Part shown: piece by piece, positions 40,145 through 52,100 of the stretch
How positions within the stretch are numbered: position 1 is the first letter of the stretch
Layout: every line of letters starts with the position of its first letter
Source: Eledone cirrhosa
Lineage: Eukaryota
Assembly (NCBI GenBank): GCA_964016885.1
Contig: OZ024762.1
Span: 4,092,001-4,156,000, forward strand
Length of the DNA: 64,000 nt
Direction: 5' to 3'
Notes under the pieces: generated by a model
Told to the model about the DNA's origin: nothing
The model's database searches: none
What the model saw: only the letters and a program-made list of their open reading frames with translations
Program-made: the position numbers and the translations under genes

Positions 40145-40568
40145 TAAAATAACAGATTAAAGTTAAAGCAAAGAATCGCTACTTTCACCCTTAACGGGAT
40201 CTTCTGAAACTAAAAAACTCAATCTGTGAACGCAGAAGTAAATATTTTGAAAAACGTTACACACTATATATATACACACACACACACAGCGTCAAAATAT
40301 TGTAATGCAGACAGCCAGACATACAGACACATATTATAAGGGCGCAACGTTATATCTATGTATCTATCTAAAAAGAAAGACTAAGAATTATAGAGAGAGA
40401 TCGCTAAATCGCCTAATGCGAATTGAAAGTTTGAAATATTTTTTGCTCAAAACACTCACTCGACCATAAGTATTACATGTGTAAAGTTTGAAAACAATCG
40501 GTTGGGTGGTTCTCGAGTTTTAGGGAGTGAGACAGACAGACAGACATTCTCTGTTTTAGATATATAGA
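39960..40568 (-). mobile_element. Non-autonomous Helitron
   Basis: Minus 5'-TC, (CTGT)n near the 5' end, 3' hairpin CCCGAGCAACGCTGGG then CTAG; inserted between A and T without TSD. Confidence 0.82.
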
Positions 40569-40577
40569 TAGAGTAAT

Positions 40578-42317
40578 CATCATCATCATCATCATCACCG
40601 TTTTACGTCCGTTCTTCCACGCTAGCATGGGTTAGACGGGTTGTCCTGTTGTGGGCAGTGTCTGGTCGGCTGACCATGCCTTGCTCATACAGGAACTGAT
40701 CTGGCTTGATTTCTACAGCTGGATGCCCTTCCTAACACCAACCTCATTTACAGTGAGTGCTGGGTGCTTTTTCGTGGCGCCTACACGTCCACTTTACAGT
40801 GTGGGCTGGGTGCTTTTTTGCCGTGGCACCTCCACGACCACCTTGCGGTGGGGGGGGGGGGGGGCATATTGTTTATATGCTTCAGCATGTACCCATGGGA
40901 GGTCGGGTACCCTGTATTACTGCGTGACGCCAGAAGTCACGGTCGTGTGTCATTGACTTTGAGAGGTGTAGTTGGGTAAGGTCGGCTTTTATCACCTCAT
41001 CCCAAGTCATCTTGGGTCTCCCCACTCCGCGGTTTCCATCAACTTCTAGTGCTCTGCACCTTTTTATGCAGCTGTCATCCTTCATACGCATCACATGTCC
41101 ATACCAGCGTAACCGCCTCTCCTGCACGCAGCATTTGATTCCTCTTATGCTCAGTCTCTCTCTCAATTCATTTATGCTTTGTCGTTCACGTATATTACTG
41201 TTACACATCCATCGGAGCATGCAGGCTTCGTTTCTCTCTAATCTACGTAAGTCTTCCACCTTCAGCGCCCAGGTCTCACTACCATGCAACATCGCTGTTC
41301 GGATACACGCATCATACAGTCTGCCTTTCATTCTGAGGGAGAAGCCTTTTGCAGCTAGCAGTGGTAGTAGTTCCCTAAACTTCTTCCATCCCGTTCTTAC
41401 CCTAGTTATTGTACTTTCTGAGCACCCACCTCCGTTGCTAATTCGGTCACCTAGGTAGCAGAAGCTGTCTACTGTTTCTACAGGGCCCTCCCAGAGATTG
41501 GTGGTACTTGTTTCCTGTGGCTGTTTGCTTGCTGTTTCAGCACAGCTGCTGCATGTGAATCCTACATTCTTAATTAAGCTTCCTGAGATCCCGCTACATC
41601 TCTTGTGTACCCATTGTTTGCATTTGGGGCAGAGAATGGAGTTCCTACCTACACCTTTCCTACATACTGAGCAAGGCCATTTCCCTGAGGGGATCTGGGT
41701 TCTGTTTTCTCGTCTACTTATAAGGACCTTAGTCTTTGTCATGTTGACTTTGAGGCCCTTTCTCTCTAGTCCCTGCTTCCAGGTTTGGAATTTATTCTCT
41801 AGTTCTACCATAGATTCAGCTATGAGTGCGAGGTCATCAGCATACAGGAGTTCCCATGGGCATCCGGTCTTAAACTCCTCCGTTATTGCCTGCAGGACTA
41901 TGATGAACAGGAGAGGGCTAAGAACAGAGCCCTGGTGGACCCCAACCTGTACGCTAAATTCCTCGCTATACTCATTGCCAATCCTAACTTTGCTGACTGC
42001 TCCCCTATACATGGCTTGTACCGCTTTCACAAGCCATTCATCTACTCCTAGTTTTCTAAGAGCCCACCAGATTACTGCACGTGGAACTCTGTCAAAGGCT
42101 TTCTCAAGGTCGACAAATGCCAAGTAGAGTGGCTTACTTTTAGCTAGGTACTTTTCCTGTAATTGCCTCACAAGGAAGAGCGCATCAGTGGTGCCTTTCC
42201 CTGGAACAAACCCAAATTGCATCTCGTCTATATTCACCCGGTCCCTAATCAGCTGTGCTATAACTCTTTCTGTTACTTTCATGACCTGTTACTTTCATGA
42301 CCTGTTACTTTCATAAC
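40578..42317 (-). mobile_element. 5'-truncated RTE-clade LINE
   Basis: Open ORF, ~300-bp 3'UTR, (GAT)n tail at 40578-40596; 16-bp triplication at the truncation point. Confidence 0.95.
40882..42282 (-). CDS. RTE reverse transcriptase, N-truncated, with internal PHD-type finger
   Basis: QFGF..G.GT.DA, AFVDLEKAFD, GVHQGSVLSPLLF, YADD (41833-41844), YLG, RRLRWYGHV, GRP..TW; C-x2-C...C-x2-C-x4-H-x2-C...C-x2-C at ~41541-41673. Confidence 0.93.
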   Translation of the reverse strand: MKVTERVIAQLIRDRVNIDEMQFGFVPGKGTTDALFLVRQLQEKYLAKSKPLYLAFVDLEKAFDRVPRAVIWWALRKLGVDEWLVKAVQAMYRGAVSKVRIGNEYSEEFSVQVGVHQGSVLSPLLFIIVLQAITEEFKTGCPWELLYADDLALIAESMVELENKFQTWKQGLERKGLKVNMTKTKVLISRRENRTQIPSGKWPCSVCRKGVGRNSILCPKCKQWVHKRCSGISGSLIKNVGFTCSSCAETASKQPQETSTTNLWEGPVETVDSFCYLGDRISNGGGCSESTITRVRTGWKKFRELLPLLAAKGFSLRMKGRLYDACIRTAMLHGSETWALKVEDLRRLERNEACMLRWMCNSNIRERQSINELRERLSIRGIKCCVQERRLRWYGHVMRMKDDSCIKRCRALEVDGNRGVGRPKMTWDEVIKADLTQLHLSKSMTHDRDFWRHAVIQGTRPPMGTC

Positions 42318-42379
42318 TCTAAAGAGTTAAATATAAATAAAGACAAATGCTGCCCTTATATGGATATTAAAACCTCATG

Positions 42380-42796
42380 TAATAATTGTTTCTACTTTAG
42401 GCACAAGACCATCGGTTTTTGAGGAGGAGAAAGTCGATGAAATCAACCTCAGTGTATGACTGGTACTTTATTTCATCGACTCTGTAAGCATGAAAGGCAA
42501 AGCTAACCTTGATGGATTTGAAATCAGAACGTAAAGGGCCATAACTCTATGCTGAAAAAGCATGGTGTCTGACGCTCTTGATTCTGCCAGTCTAATGTAA
42601 TAACCACATCAATAATTGTTTCTACTTTTGGCACAAGGCCAGCAATTATCCCAGTGTATTACTGGTACTTTATTTTATCGACCCCCGTAAGGATGAAAGG
42701 CAAAGTTAACCTCGGCGGGATTTGAACTCAGAATGGAAAGGGCCGTAACTCTATGCGTCAAAGCATGGCGTCCGGCCCTCTACCGATACTGCCAAT
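42380..42796 (-). mobile_element. Two tandem SINE family B copies
   Basis: 42380-42590 (older, longer body) and 42612-42796. Confidence 0.88.
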
Positions 42797-43471
42797 AATA
42801 GTGGTGAATCAGCAATGGAGCTTCTATTTACAGAGAGGAAAGGAGAGGGAGAGAGAGAGTGGGAGGGAGGGAGGGAGAGAGAGAGTGGGAGGGAGAGAGA
42901 GAGTGGGAGGGAGAGAGGGAGAGAGAGAGTAAGTGAGTGAGGGTGTGTGTGTGTACTGTAGAGCCATACACTTGAAAATACGGCTCAACGGTGTGTCCTG
43001 GAGTCACAGGGTACTTTAGAGGAGGCTTTTACAATCATACATTGTATGTGTCTAAGTGTGTATGAGAGAGTGTGTGTGTGTGTTTGAGAGAGTGTGTGTG
43101 TGTGTGTGTATGAGAGAGAGTGTGTGTGTGTGTGTTTGAGAGAGTGTGTGTGTGTATTGGAGAGCCATACACATGTAAATACTTGGACATATCATCCATG
43201 TTGTGTCCTGGAGTAGTGTGTCTATGTGTGTATCTCTGTGTGTATCTGTCTGACTGTGTGTGTGTATTTCTGTGTGTATGTGTGTATCTGTGTCTATGTG
43301 TATCTGTGTGTGTATCTGTCTGACTGTGTGTGTATATTTATGTGTATCTGTCTGTCTATGTGTGTGTATTTCTGATGTATTCTAATGTTTTGTGTATGGG
43401 CCCCCCACTTCAAACCTTAAATGTCCCAAGACCCCAAGGTCTAAAACCAACCCTGTCAGTGTGTTTGTATA

Positions 43472-43528
<57 letters not shown>

Positions 43529-43819
43529 ATGGAATAGCTGTACTAATTTATCCACATGTGTGTGGACAGGAGCAATGTGAAATGAAGTGTCTTGCACAAG
43601 GACACGAGGGTGGGAGAGGGGGGGGGGGGCATGTTTTCTGTGCGTGGACTTGAGCAATGTGAAATGAAGTATCTTGTTCAAGGACTTGAGAAGTCACCTG
43701 TTCTGGGGTTTGAACCTTATGACCATATGATCATAACACCAGCAGGTCTGAACACAGCCAATTTCTTCCAGAGAAGGAAAGAGTGTATGTGATGGAGAGG
43801 GAGTGAGAAAGATATACAG

Positions 43820-43988
43820 AGGAAAAAAATCGACCCCAGTACTTTATTGGTACTTTTTTTATTGACCTTAAAAAAATTGAAAAGTAAAGTTGACTCCATC
43901 GGAATTTTAACTGAGGGAAGAGAAAGCCGGAACAACTACCACAAGGCACTCTAGCTGACGTTCTAACGACTTTGCCAATTTGCCGCCT
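43820..43988 (-). mobile_element. Degenerate SINE family B
   Basis: TGGTACTT...AAAGTAAAGTTGAC...CTAACGACTTTGCCAATTTGCCGCC. Confidence 0.65.
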
Positions 43989-44170
43989 AGCAATTAAATA
44001 GATGTTATCTTGTTGGTGAGAATTAGGTGTACATCATTACGTGACAAGATAAGATTATTTTAAGCTGCACAATAATCTTATTACAATCCACCCCACCACC
44101 CCATTTATTATATATAAAGAAAAGTTCATTAATTCCACTGTTGACAAATTTATTACTTCTAACTATTGTT

Positions 44171-44688
44171 TAGTCCCCCTCCTGGGTAATGTCTCAGGCA
44201 ACTGAGACCTCAGTCCCCCTCCTGGGTAATGTCTCAGGTAACTGAGACCTCAGTCCCCCTCCTGGGTATTGTCTCAGGTAACTGAGACCTCAGTCCCCCT
44301 CCTGGGTAATGTCTCAGGCAACTGAGACCTCAGTCCCCCTCCTGGGTATTGTCTCAGGTAACTGAGACCTCAGTCCCCCTCCTGGGTAATGTCTCAGGCA
44401 ACTGAGACCTCAGTCCCCCTCCTGGGTATTGTCTCAGGTAACTGAGACCTCAGTCCCCCTCCTGGGTATTGTCTCAGGTAACTGAGACCTCAGTCCCCCT
44501 CCTGGGTAATGTCTCAGGCAACTGAGACCTCAGTCCCCCTCCTGGGTATTGTCTCAGGTAACTGAGACCTCAGTCCCCCTCCTGGGTATTGTCTGAGGCA
44601 ACTGAGACCTCAGTCCCCCTCCTGGGTATTGTCTCAGGTAACTGAGACCTCAGTCCCCCTCCTGGGTATTGTCTCAGGCAACTGAGAC
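44171..44688 (+). repeat. 40-bp minisatellite, 13 copies, each with a 7-bp hairpin
   Basis: CAGTCCCCCTCCTGGGTAWT-GTCTCAG-G(C/T)AA-CTGAGAC-CT. Confidence 0.95.
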
Positions 44689-44689
44689 A

Positions 44690-44895
44690 CGTGTTTTTTT
44701 TCAAATTGTTTTTCCATTCCTTCCCCTTCTTACTCAATATTTCTATTTCATCTTTTATTTCTCATTTTATCTTCTGATGAAGGACATGTGTCTAAAACTT
44801 TAAGACTCTTTTCTTACTCTATCAAGTGTTAAACTAATATATTTCTTCAGTGTACTGTATTGTTTGCTTTGTTGTTCGCTTTTTGCATATATAAC
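44690..44895 (+). mobile_element. Penelope-like terminal remnant with mutated minimal hammerhead
   Basis: TCTT-CTGATGA (44774)-AGGACATGTGTCT-AAAA-CTTT-AAGA; GAAA is mutated. Confidence 0.45.
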
Positions 44896-45214
44896 ACAGA
44901 GTCCATGGGGCATGGCTGAGGCACGGCTCCAACGGAGGGTGTAGTGCCTGTCTCTTCCCCTCTCCCTTTCTTATGTTGCTTGATTCTTTTTTCTTTTCCA
45001 TCTCTTTCATTTCCTTCTTTTTGTTCCCTTTAATAGTTTAATAGTTTCTGTATCAACATGAAAACAGCCAGGAAGTGAGAGGAAGTGAAGATGACAATAA
45101 TCCCTCATGAGAGTTGTTGGCCATTTTAAATAAGTCAACCATGCAATGGAATAATACAATTAAACTTATGACCTTTCTTATATTCCTCATAACTATATTG
45201 TTGCTATGGAAATA

Positions 45215-45920
45215 GTGGTGGTGGTGGGTGGTGATGGTGGTGGTGGGTGGTGATGTTGGTGGTGGTGGTGGTGTTGGTGGTGGTGTTGTTGGTGGTGGTA
45301 GTGATGTTGGTGGGGTGGTGGTGGTGGGTGGTGATGGTGGTGGTGGGTGGTGATGTTGGTGGGGTGGTGGTGTTGGTGGTGGTGTTGTTGGTGGTGGTAG
45401 TGATGTTGGTGGGGTGGTGGTGTTGTTGTTGGTGGTGGTGGTGGTGATGTTGGTGGGGTGGTGGTGTTGGTGGTGGTGTTGTTGGTGGTGGTAGTGATGT
45501 TGGTGGGGTGGTGGTGTTGGTGGTGGTGTTGTTGGTGGTGGTAGTGATGTTGGTGGGGTGGTGGTGTTAGTGGGGAGGTAATGTTGGTAGTGGAGATGTT
45601 GGTGGGGTGTTTGAGGAGGTGGTGGTAGTGGTGTGGTTGTGATGGTGTTGGTAGTGGAGGTGGTGGTCGTGGTAGTGCTAGCAGTGGTAGTATTGTTGTT
45701 GTTGTTGTTGGTGGTGGTGGGTCATTGGGGTGGTGGTGGTAGTGTTGTTGTTTATGGTGGTTGGGTGTTGTTCGTGGTAGTGGTATTGTTGTCGTGGTAG
45801 TGGTGTTGATGGTAATGTTGGTGTTGGTTTTTTTTATTAATGCTGTTGTTGTTGTTGGCAGTGTTGTAGATGTTATCACTGTTGTTGTTGCTTGTGGTGG
45901 TGGTGGTGTTGATGGTAGTA
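45215..45920 (+). repeat. (GGT/GTT)n compound array
   Basis: Low-complexity. Confidence 0.9.
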
Positions 45921-46134
45921 GACGGTTAGTTCTCTTGGTTGACTTAACCAGGATGTATTTCTTAGCAATACCAGGCTCTCCTGGGTATTGAACTCTATAC
46001 TACTAAGAGGAAATACCAACAGTGTTTTGTCTTTTGGGGAGAATGTTACAGAGCAGATGAGAATAATAATAGTGGTTGTATGTATTGTGTATGCTGTGTG
46101 TGTGATCACCAGATGATATATATATATATACACA

Positions 46135-46355
46135 GATAAATCCACCAATCAATGGTTGGGTCTAAACCGTATGAAGAACTCAATGTAATCTGTATGTAGA
46201 AGATGTCGTGAAGCAAAGTTTAAAATACAAAATTTTCAACGATATAATTCATTGGATACAGAGTCAAAAATAGAAATATTAAAACAATGAAATTAAACAA
46301 AAAACGGTTAATTTATTACTATGAATTAACCGTTTTTTTTTGTTTAATTTCATTG

Positions 46356-46386
<31 letters not shown>

Positions 46387-46671
46387 CATCAGCATCATTT
46401 TACGTTGTAATATACAACTGATAAGTTTCAGAAAGCCAGTACAATGTGGTAGAAATATATTAAAGGGCAAAGGATGACAAATAAAACAACGACAAATAAA
46501 ACTCAGTATATTTCAACATGATATTTCAGGGCTATTACCCTCTTTTCAAATGTGAAATATCATGTTGAAATATACTGGGTAAAACATTACTTTGTTTTAT
46601 TTGTCCTCATTTACCCTTTATAAATTTCTACTGCATTGTACTGGCTTTCTGAAACTTATCATTTGTATATT

Positions 46672-46674
<3 letters not shown>
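46135..46674. mobile_element. Two adjacent microsatellite-flanked fold-back elements
   Basis: Palindrome 46277-46363 with left extension containing ACTCAAT; inverted arms 46406-46527 and 46553-46674 around a degenerate minus-strand HHR (AGGGT/GCCCT-GAAA-TA-TC-ATG). Confidence 0.65.
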
Positions 46675-46734
<60 letters not shown>

Positions 46735-46957
46735 TCAAAAGTGAAAGAATATAATCAAATCTCAAAGGAGAGTAGAGACAGATATATAATATGTAATTGC
46801 CAACCAGAAAAAGTAGCAATTGCTCAATATATATTTCATGCAAAAAAAAAAGTGTTGGGTGAGGTTGATATATACAGCTTGAAGTGAGTTATATTTTTGA
46901 GTGGCTTATTATTGTTTTTTTTTATTGTGAAGACGGTGTGAACTTTTATATAGATAA

Positions 46958-47383
46958 AAGCTGACCATGCCCAATTGCACCTCTCCAAGGCGATGACACA
47001 GGACCGAGACCTCTGGTGTTACGCAGTAATACAGAAGACTCAACTTCCCATGGGAACAAGCTGAAGCTGAAGCATATAGACAATATGCCCCTATCCCCTC
47101 CCACTGTAAAGTGGTTGTGTAGGTGTCACGACAAAAAAAGCACCCAGTCCACACTGTAATGTGGTCGTGAAAGTGCCACAGTAAAAAAGCACCCAGTACT
47201 CACTGTAAATGAGGTTGGTGTTAGGAAGGGCATCCAGCTGTAGAAATAGAGCCAAAATCTGTTCTGTATGAACAAGAGATGGTCACCTGACCTGGCATTG
47301 CCTACAACAGGACAACCCGTCTAACCCATGCTAGCATGGAAGAATGGATGTAAAACAGTGATGATGATGATGATGATGATGAT
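46958..47383 (+). mobile_element. RTE LINE 3' end
   Basis: Reverse-complement match to 40578-40990. Confidence 0.88.
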
Positions 47384-47651
47384 ATAACAGTGTTGTAGTT
47401 TGCTTGAAGCATTGTGAAATAGGAAATACAAATTTAAAAAAGTTTAAAAGCCCTACTACAACGCATTGAAGGGCTTTTAAACTTATTTAAGTAAACTGGA
47501 GCAATGTGAAATAAAGTGTCTTAATGTGTTGTTTCCTTGAGCAAAACACTTTATTTCACATTTTAGTCTTCACATAAATGTGAAGACTAAAATCAAAAGA
47601 GGGCTTGATAAGGAAAATATATATCAAATATATAAGAACCATAGGGCAAAC

Positions 47652-47750
47652 ATTTATTAAAATAACAGATTAAAGTGTAAGCAAAGAATCACCCTTAAGG
47701 CTGAAAGCAGCAATTCTTTGCTCAAACTTTAATCTGTTATTTTAATAAAT
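47652..47750. repeat. Fold-back, related to the insert at 40143-40260
   Basis: TTTATTAAAATAACAGATTAAAG...GCAAAGAAT and its reverse complement. Confidence 0.75.
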
Positions 47751-47769
47751 AAATAAATATATATATATG

Positions 47770-48130
47770 TGAAGGCGCATGGCTTAGTGGTTAAAGCATT
47801 GAGCTTGCAATCGAAAGGTTGTGAGTTCAATTCTCGGACCGGGTGATGTGTTGTTTCCTTGAGCAAGACACTTTATTTCACGTTGCTCCAGTTTACTCAG
47901 CTGTAGAAATGAGTACCGGCCTGCCCACCCAGCCAGTGGGATGGCGTTATCTTATGGCTAAAACAGCACGCCGTGCTGTGACCAGCGGCGCCGATTGGCA
48001 CCCGACAGACTGGTTGGTCAAGGTGATCAAGCTGATATATCATCATCATCATCATTTTACGTCCGCTTTTCCCTGCTTGCAAGGGTGGGACGGGAACTGA
48101 TTCTGGCTTGATTTCTACCGCTGGATGCCC
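47770..48130 (+). mobile_element. Family A SINE with a distinct GC-rich tail, abutting an inverted RTE-type tail
   Basis: Head and core 47770-47915; other tail 47915-48035; minus tail 48040-48130. Confidence 0.8.
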
Positions 48131-48461
48131 TATATATATCTAGGGCGGGTAAAATTCCCGAGATCTATGGACGAGTTCTCTCCAGGGGTCTCTGTCCCTC
48201 ATTATCGCTGCACTGTAATGTAGTCATGGATACAATTCAATTCAAGCAATATCAACATCATGTTACTTTTTCAAAACAAAATTATTTTAGTCTGCTCCCT
48301 TGCACCCAAGATTGTCTTGGAAACGGTAACATTTTACTGTCCAATGAAATCATGAGAATGGTTAAATAATCATGTGACCATCAGCCTCATTCAAATATAT
48401 ATCACGACCTTGTTAATAAAGGACTCTTTAACATCTACAACTTCACATTTTCCTCATTCTA

Positions 48462-48496
<35 letters not shown>

Positions 48497-48716
48497 TCAT
48501 TAGTTAAGCAAAACAAGACCACAAATTTCACAAGGAAGACATTATTAAAAGATTGTCAACATATTTAGTTTGATGCAAAGAATGTAGAGAATGATAATAA
48601 TAATAATATTAATAATAACTCACCAATCTTTCCTCTCATATCTCCTCTACTATCTCAATCTCTCTCTTTAAGATTGGTTACTCTTGAACTGTGTGTATAT
48701 ATATATATATATATAT

Positions 48717-48909
48717 ATAGGAACAAGTATGACCCCGACGGCAGAGTTCAAGCTGTTTCGACGGCTATTTCTGGACTGAAATAGCCGTCGAAACGGCTTG
48801 AGCTCTGCCATCGGGGTCATACTTGTTCCTATTACCCACTCTACTACCTTAAGTATTGAGTACTTTGATGCGTTATGGTCCATCTGGTTCCTTACCACAA
48901 TTCCTTTGT

Positions 48910-48911
<2 letters not shown>
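48717..48911 (+). mobile_element. Short palindromic half-hammerhead element, same family as 36381-36570
   Basis: High identity including the extension; (TA)n flanks. Confidence 0.88.
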
Positions 48912-48950
<39 letters not shown>

Positions 48951-49229
48951 ATCCTAATGGTGTGACAATAGTAAGCCTTAGTTTATAGGTAGTGTGGGGT
49001 GGGGTGGGGTGGGGTGGGTGTGTGGGATGGGGCTGGGGGGTGGGGTGGATGATGTTGAACTGAATTGTAAACACAGCAAATAACTAGTTCATAGCATTGG
49101 GACACACCCTGATGTCACCCTTAATGTATACAGTTGCAGGCACACATATATATATACAAACATACACGCAAACATGTACTCTCTGACACACACACACACA
49201 CTTGTACACACACATCAAAACATGTTCTC

Positions 49230-49592
49230 ACACACATATATACATACGTGCACACAGAAACATGTATACACACACACATATATACATACGTGCACACAGA
49301 AACATGTATACACACACATATATACATATGTGCACACAGAAACATGTATACACACACATATATACATACGTGCACACAGAAACATGTATATACACATACA
49401 GATATATACATACGTGCACACAAAAACATGTATACACACACATATATACATATGTGCACACAGAAACATGTATACACACACATATATACATACGTGCACA
49501 CAGAAACATGTATACACACACATATATACATACGTGCACACAGAAACATGTATACACACACACATATATACATACCTGCACACAGAAACATG

Positions 49593-49600
<8 letters not shown>
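49230..49600 (+). repeat. ~40-bp minisatellite
   Basis: CATACGTGCACACAGAAACATGTATACACACACATATATA repeated about 9 times. Confidence 0.85.
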
Positions 49601-49632
<32 letters not shown>

Positions 49633-50307
49633 CTAGAGCCCCCCCCCCTCTCCAAGAAACCCAAGTAAACTGACAGGAAATCTCCCACCATCACCACTCC
49701 CCCTGGAAATTTCTTCTGGGAATTCTCAAATGATTCTCATTTTGGGGGTCACGCCTTCAATGGGGTCAAAGGTCACTTAGTATGTTCTGCTCTAGAAGGG
49801 GCCAATGTTTGTGTAGAATCGCTTATGTTATATAAACACGAGTTTCCATATACACACATATATGAATACATATATACATACACACACATACATTCACACA
49901 CATATACATACACACATATATACCTACACACATATATGAATACATATATACATACACACATACACACACATACATACATACACACATATACATACACACA
50001 TATATGAATACATATATACATACACACACATATACATACACACATATATGAATACATACATACACATAGATGCATGTGTATATATATATATGTATGTATA
50101 TACACATGCATACATACATACATACAAAAACATAGACATGAAGACACACAAGTACATACACACACACACACACCCATGCACACACACACATGCACACACA
50201 CACAGATACATCCCTGCAGCTTACATGTATACACACATACATATATAGGTATGAATATATGTATGTGTAATACATACATACATATATAGGTATGTATGTA
50301 TGCATAT

Positions 50308-50560
50308 ATGCCCTTCCTAACACCAACCCCATTTACAGTGAGTGCTGGGTGATTTTTTGCCGTTGCACCTCCACGGCCACTTTGCAGTGGAATGATAGGG
50401 ACCCCAGTCCCTATCATCTCATTTCTACAGCTGAGTAAACTGGAGCAATGTGAAATAAAGTGTCTTGCTCAAGGAAACAACACATCACCCGGTCTGAGAA
50501 TTGAACTCACAACCTTTCAATTGCAAGGCCAATGCTCTAACCACTAAGCCATGTGCCTCC
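50308..50560 (-). mobile_element. Family A SINE
   Basis: Near-identical to 6965-7213. Confidence 0.9.
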
Positions 50561-50706
50561 ATATATATATGTTTATATCTAGTGGAACCTATATTTATAT
50601 ATTGGTTCTATAATATTGGTTCTATAATAAAGTAAGACGTGCGGGACTGCGTACGGTTTATAATCTTTTAACCCCCTAGTAAAATATGTTGGATTACTTT
50701 GAATAA

Positions 50707-50875
50707 ATAATTGTTTCTACTTTTGGCACAAGGCCAGCAATTACCCAGTACATTACTGGTACTTTATTTTATCGACCCCGTAAGGATGAAAGGCAAAGTT
50801 AACCTCGGCGGGATTTGAACTCAGAATGGCAAGGGCCGTAACTCTATGCGTCAAAGCATGGCGTCCGACCTTCTA
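50707..50875 (-). mobile_element. SINE family B, 5' shortened
   Basis: Consensus match; TSD-like TTACTTT(G/T)AATAAATAAT. Confidence 0.88.
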
Positions 50876-50924
50876 TTACTTTTAATAAATAATGAATGAA
50901 TATTACATAATTTATCTACTAAAT

Positions 50925-51135
50925 TATGATGTTACAGCTCACCCCTATGTAGGTTTGTCGGGCCTCCTATGAGGTTATATCTCGTAAGAAGGGTCTTGGG
51001 TGTTTTAATAATTATGGCCCCAGTGTTATGATTGAAAGCAATGTAAAATGAATTGTCAAGAAGGCAACACAGCCCTTGGTCTGGGAATTGAACCAACAAC
51101 CTTATGATCACGAGTTCAATACATTAACCACCCTC
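50925..51135 (-). mobile_element. Old family A-type SINE carrying the ~105-bp body
   Basis: Minus GGTTCAATTCCCAGACC head followed by TTAAAACACCCAAGA...CCTACATAGGGGTGAGCTGTAAC. Confidence 0.65.
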
Positions 51136-51389
51136 TTGTGTGACTTTGGTTGATACCAGAGTAATCAATCAATTGATTGTTCATGGCATAGATCTTTACT
51201 TTGATGCCAATGCCAATATCAATATCACCACCACCACCACCACCACCACCACCACTGCTACCACTAACACTACCTCTTCCAACCCTGCTACCACCATTGC
51301 CACAAGCAGAAGAACCATCTCCATCACCAATCCTACCATCATCATTCCCACAAGTAGAAGCAGACCCCCCCAACACACACACCAACATT

Positions 51390-51985
51390 ACCACCACCAG
51401 CACCACCACTGCCAATACCACCATCACTACTGCTACCGCCACCACCACCACCACCACTGCCAATACCACCATCACTACTGCTACCGCCACCACCACCACC
51501 ACCACTGCCAATACCACCATCACTACTGCTACCGCCACCACCAGCACCACCACTGCCAATACCACCATCACTACTGCTACCGCCACCACCACCACCACCA
51601 CTGCCAATACCACCATCACTACTGCTACCGCCACCACCAGCACCACCACTGCCAATACCACCATCACTACTGCTACCGCCACCACCACCACCACCACTGC
51701 CAATACCACCATCACTACTGCTACCGCCACCACCACCACCACCACTGCCAATACCACCATCACTACTGCTACCGCCACCACCACCACCACCACTGCCAAT
51801 ACCACCATCACTACTGCTACCGCCACCACCACCACCACCACTGCCAATACCACCATCACTACTGCTACCGCCACCATCACCACCACCACTGCCAATACCA
51901 CCATCACTACTGCTACCGCCACCACCACCACCACCACTGCCAATACCACCATCACTACTGCTACCGCCACCATCACCACCACCAG
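51390..51985 (+). repeat. 48-bp (CAC)-derived minisatellite, about 12 copies
   Basis: TGCCAATACCACCATCACTACTGCTACCGCC(ACC)n. Confidence 0.9.
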
Positions 51986-52100
51986 CAATCCTACCACCAT
52001 TGTTGTCTCAAGTTGCAGCAACCCCACCACCTCCAATACTTCTACTGGCACTACAACCACTACTGCTGCTGCTGCTGTTGTTGGCACAAGCAACAGTGAA

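Noticed and set aside
41012-42127. Plus-strand ORFs of 148 and 209 aa
   Set aside because: Antisense shadows of the RTE ORF
44171-44210. HDV-like ribozyme in the 40-bp unit
   Set aside because: Could not build the nested double pseudoknot; only a simple hairpin is supported
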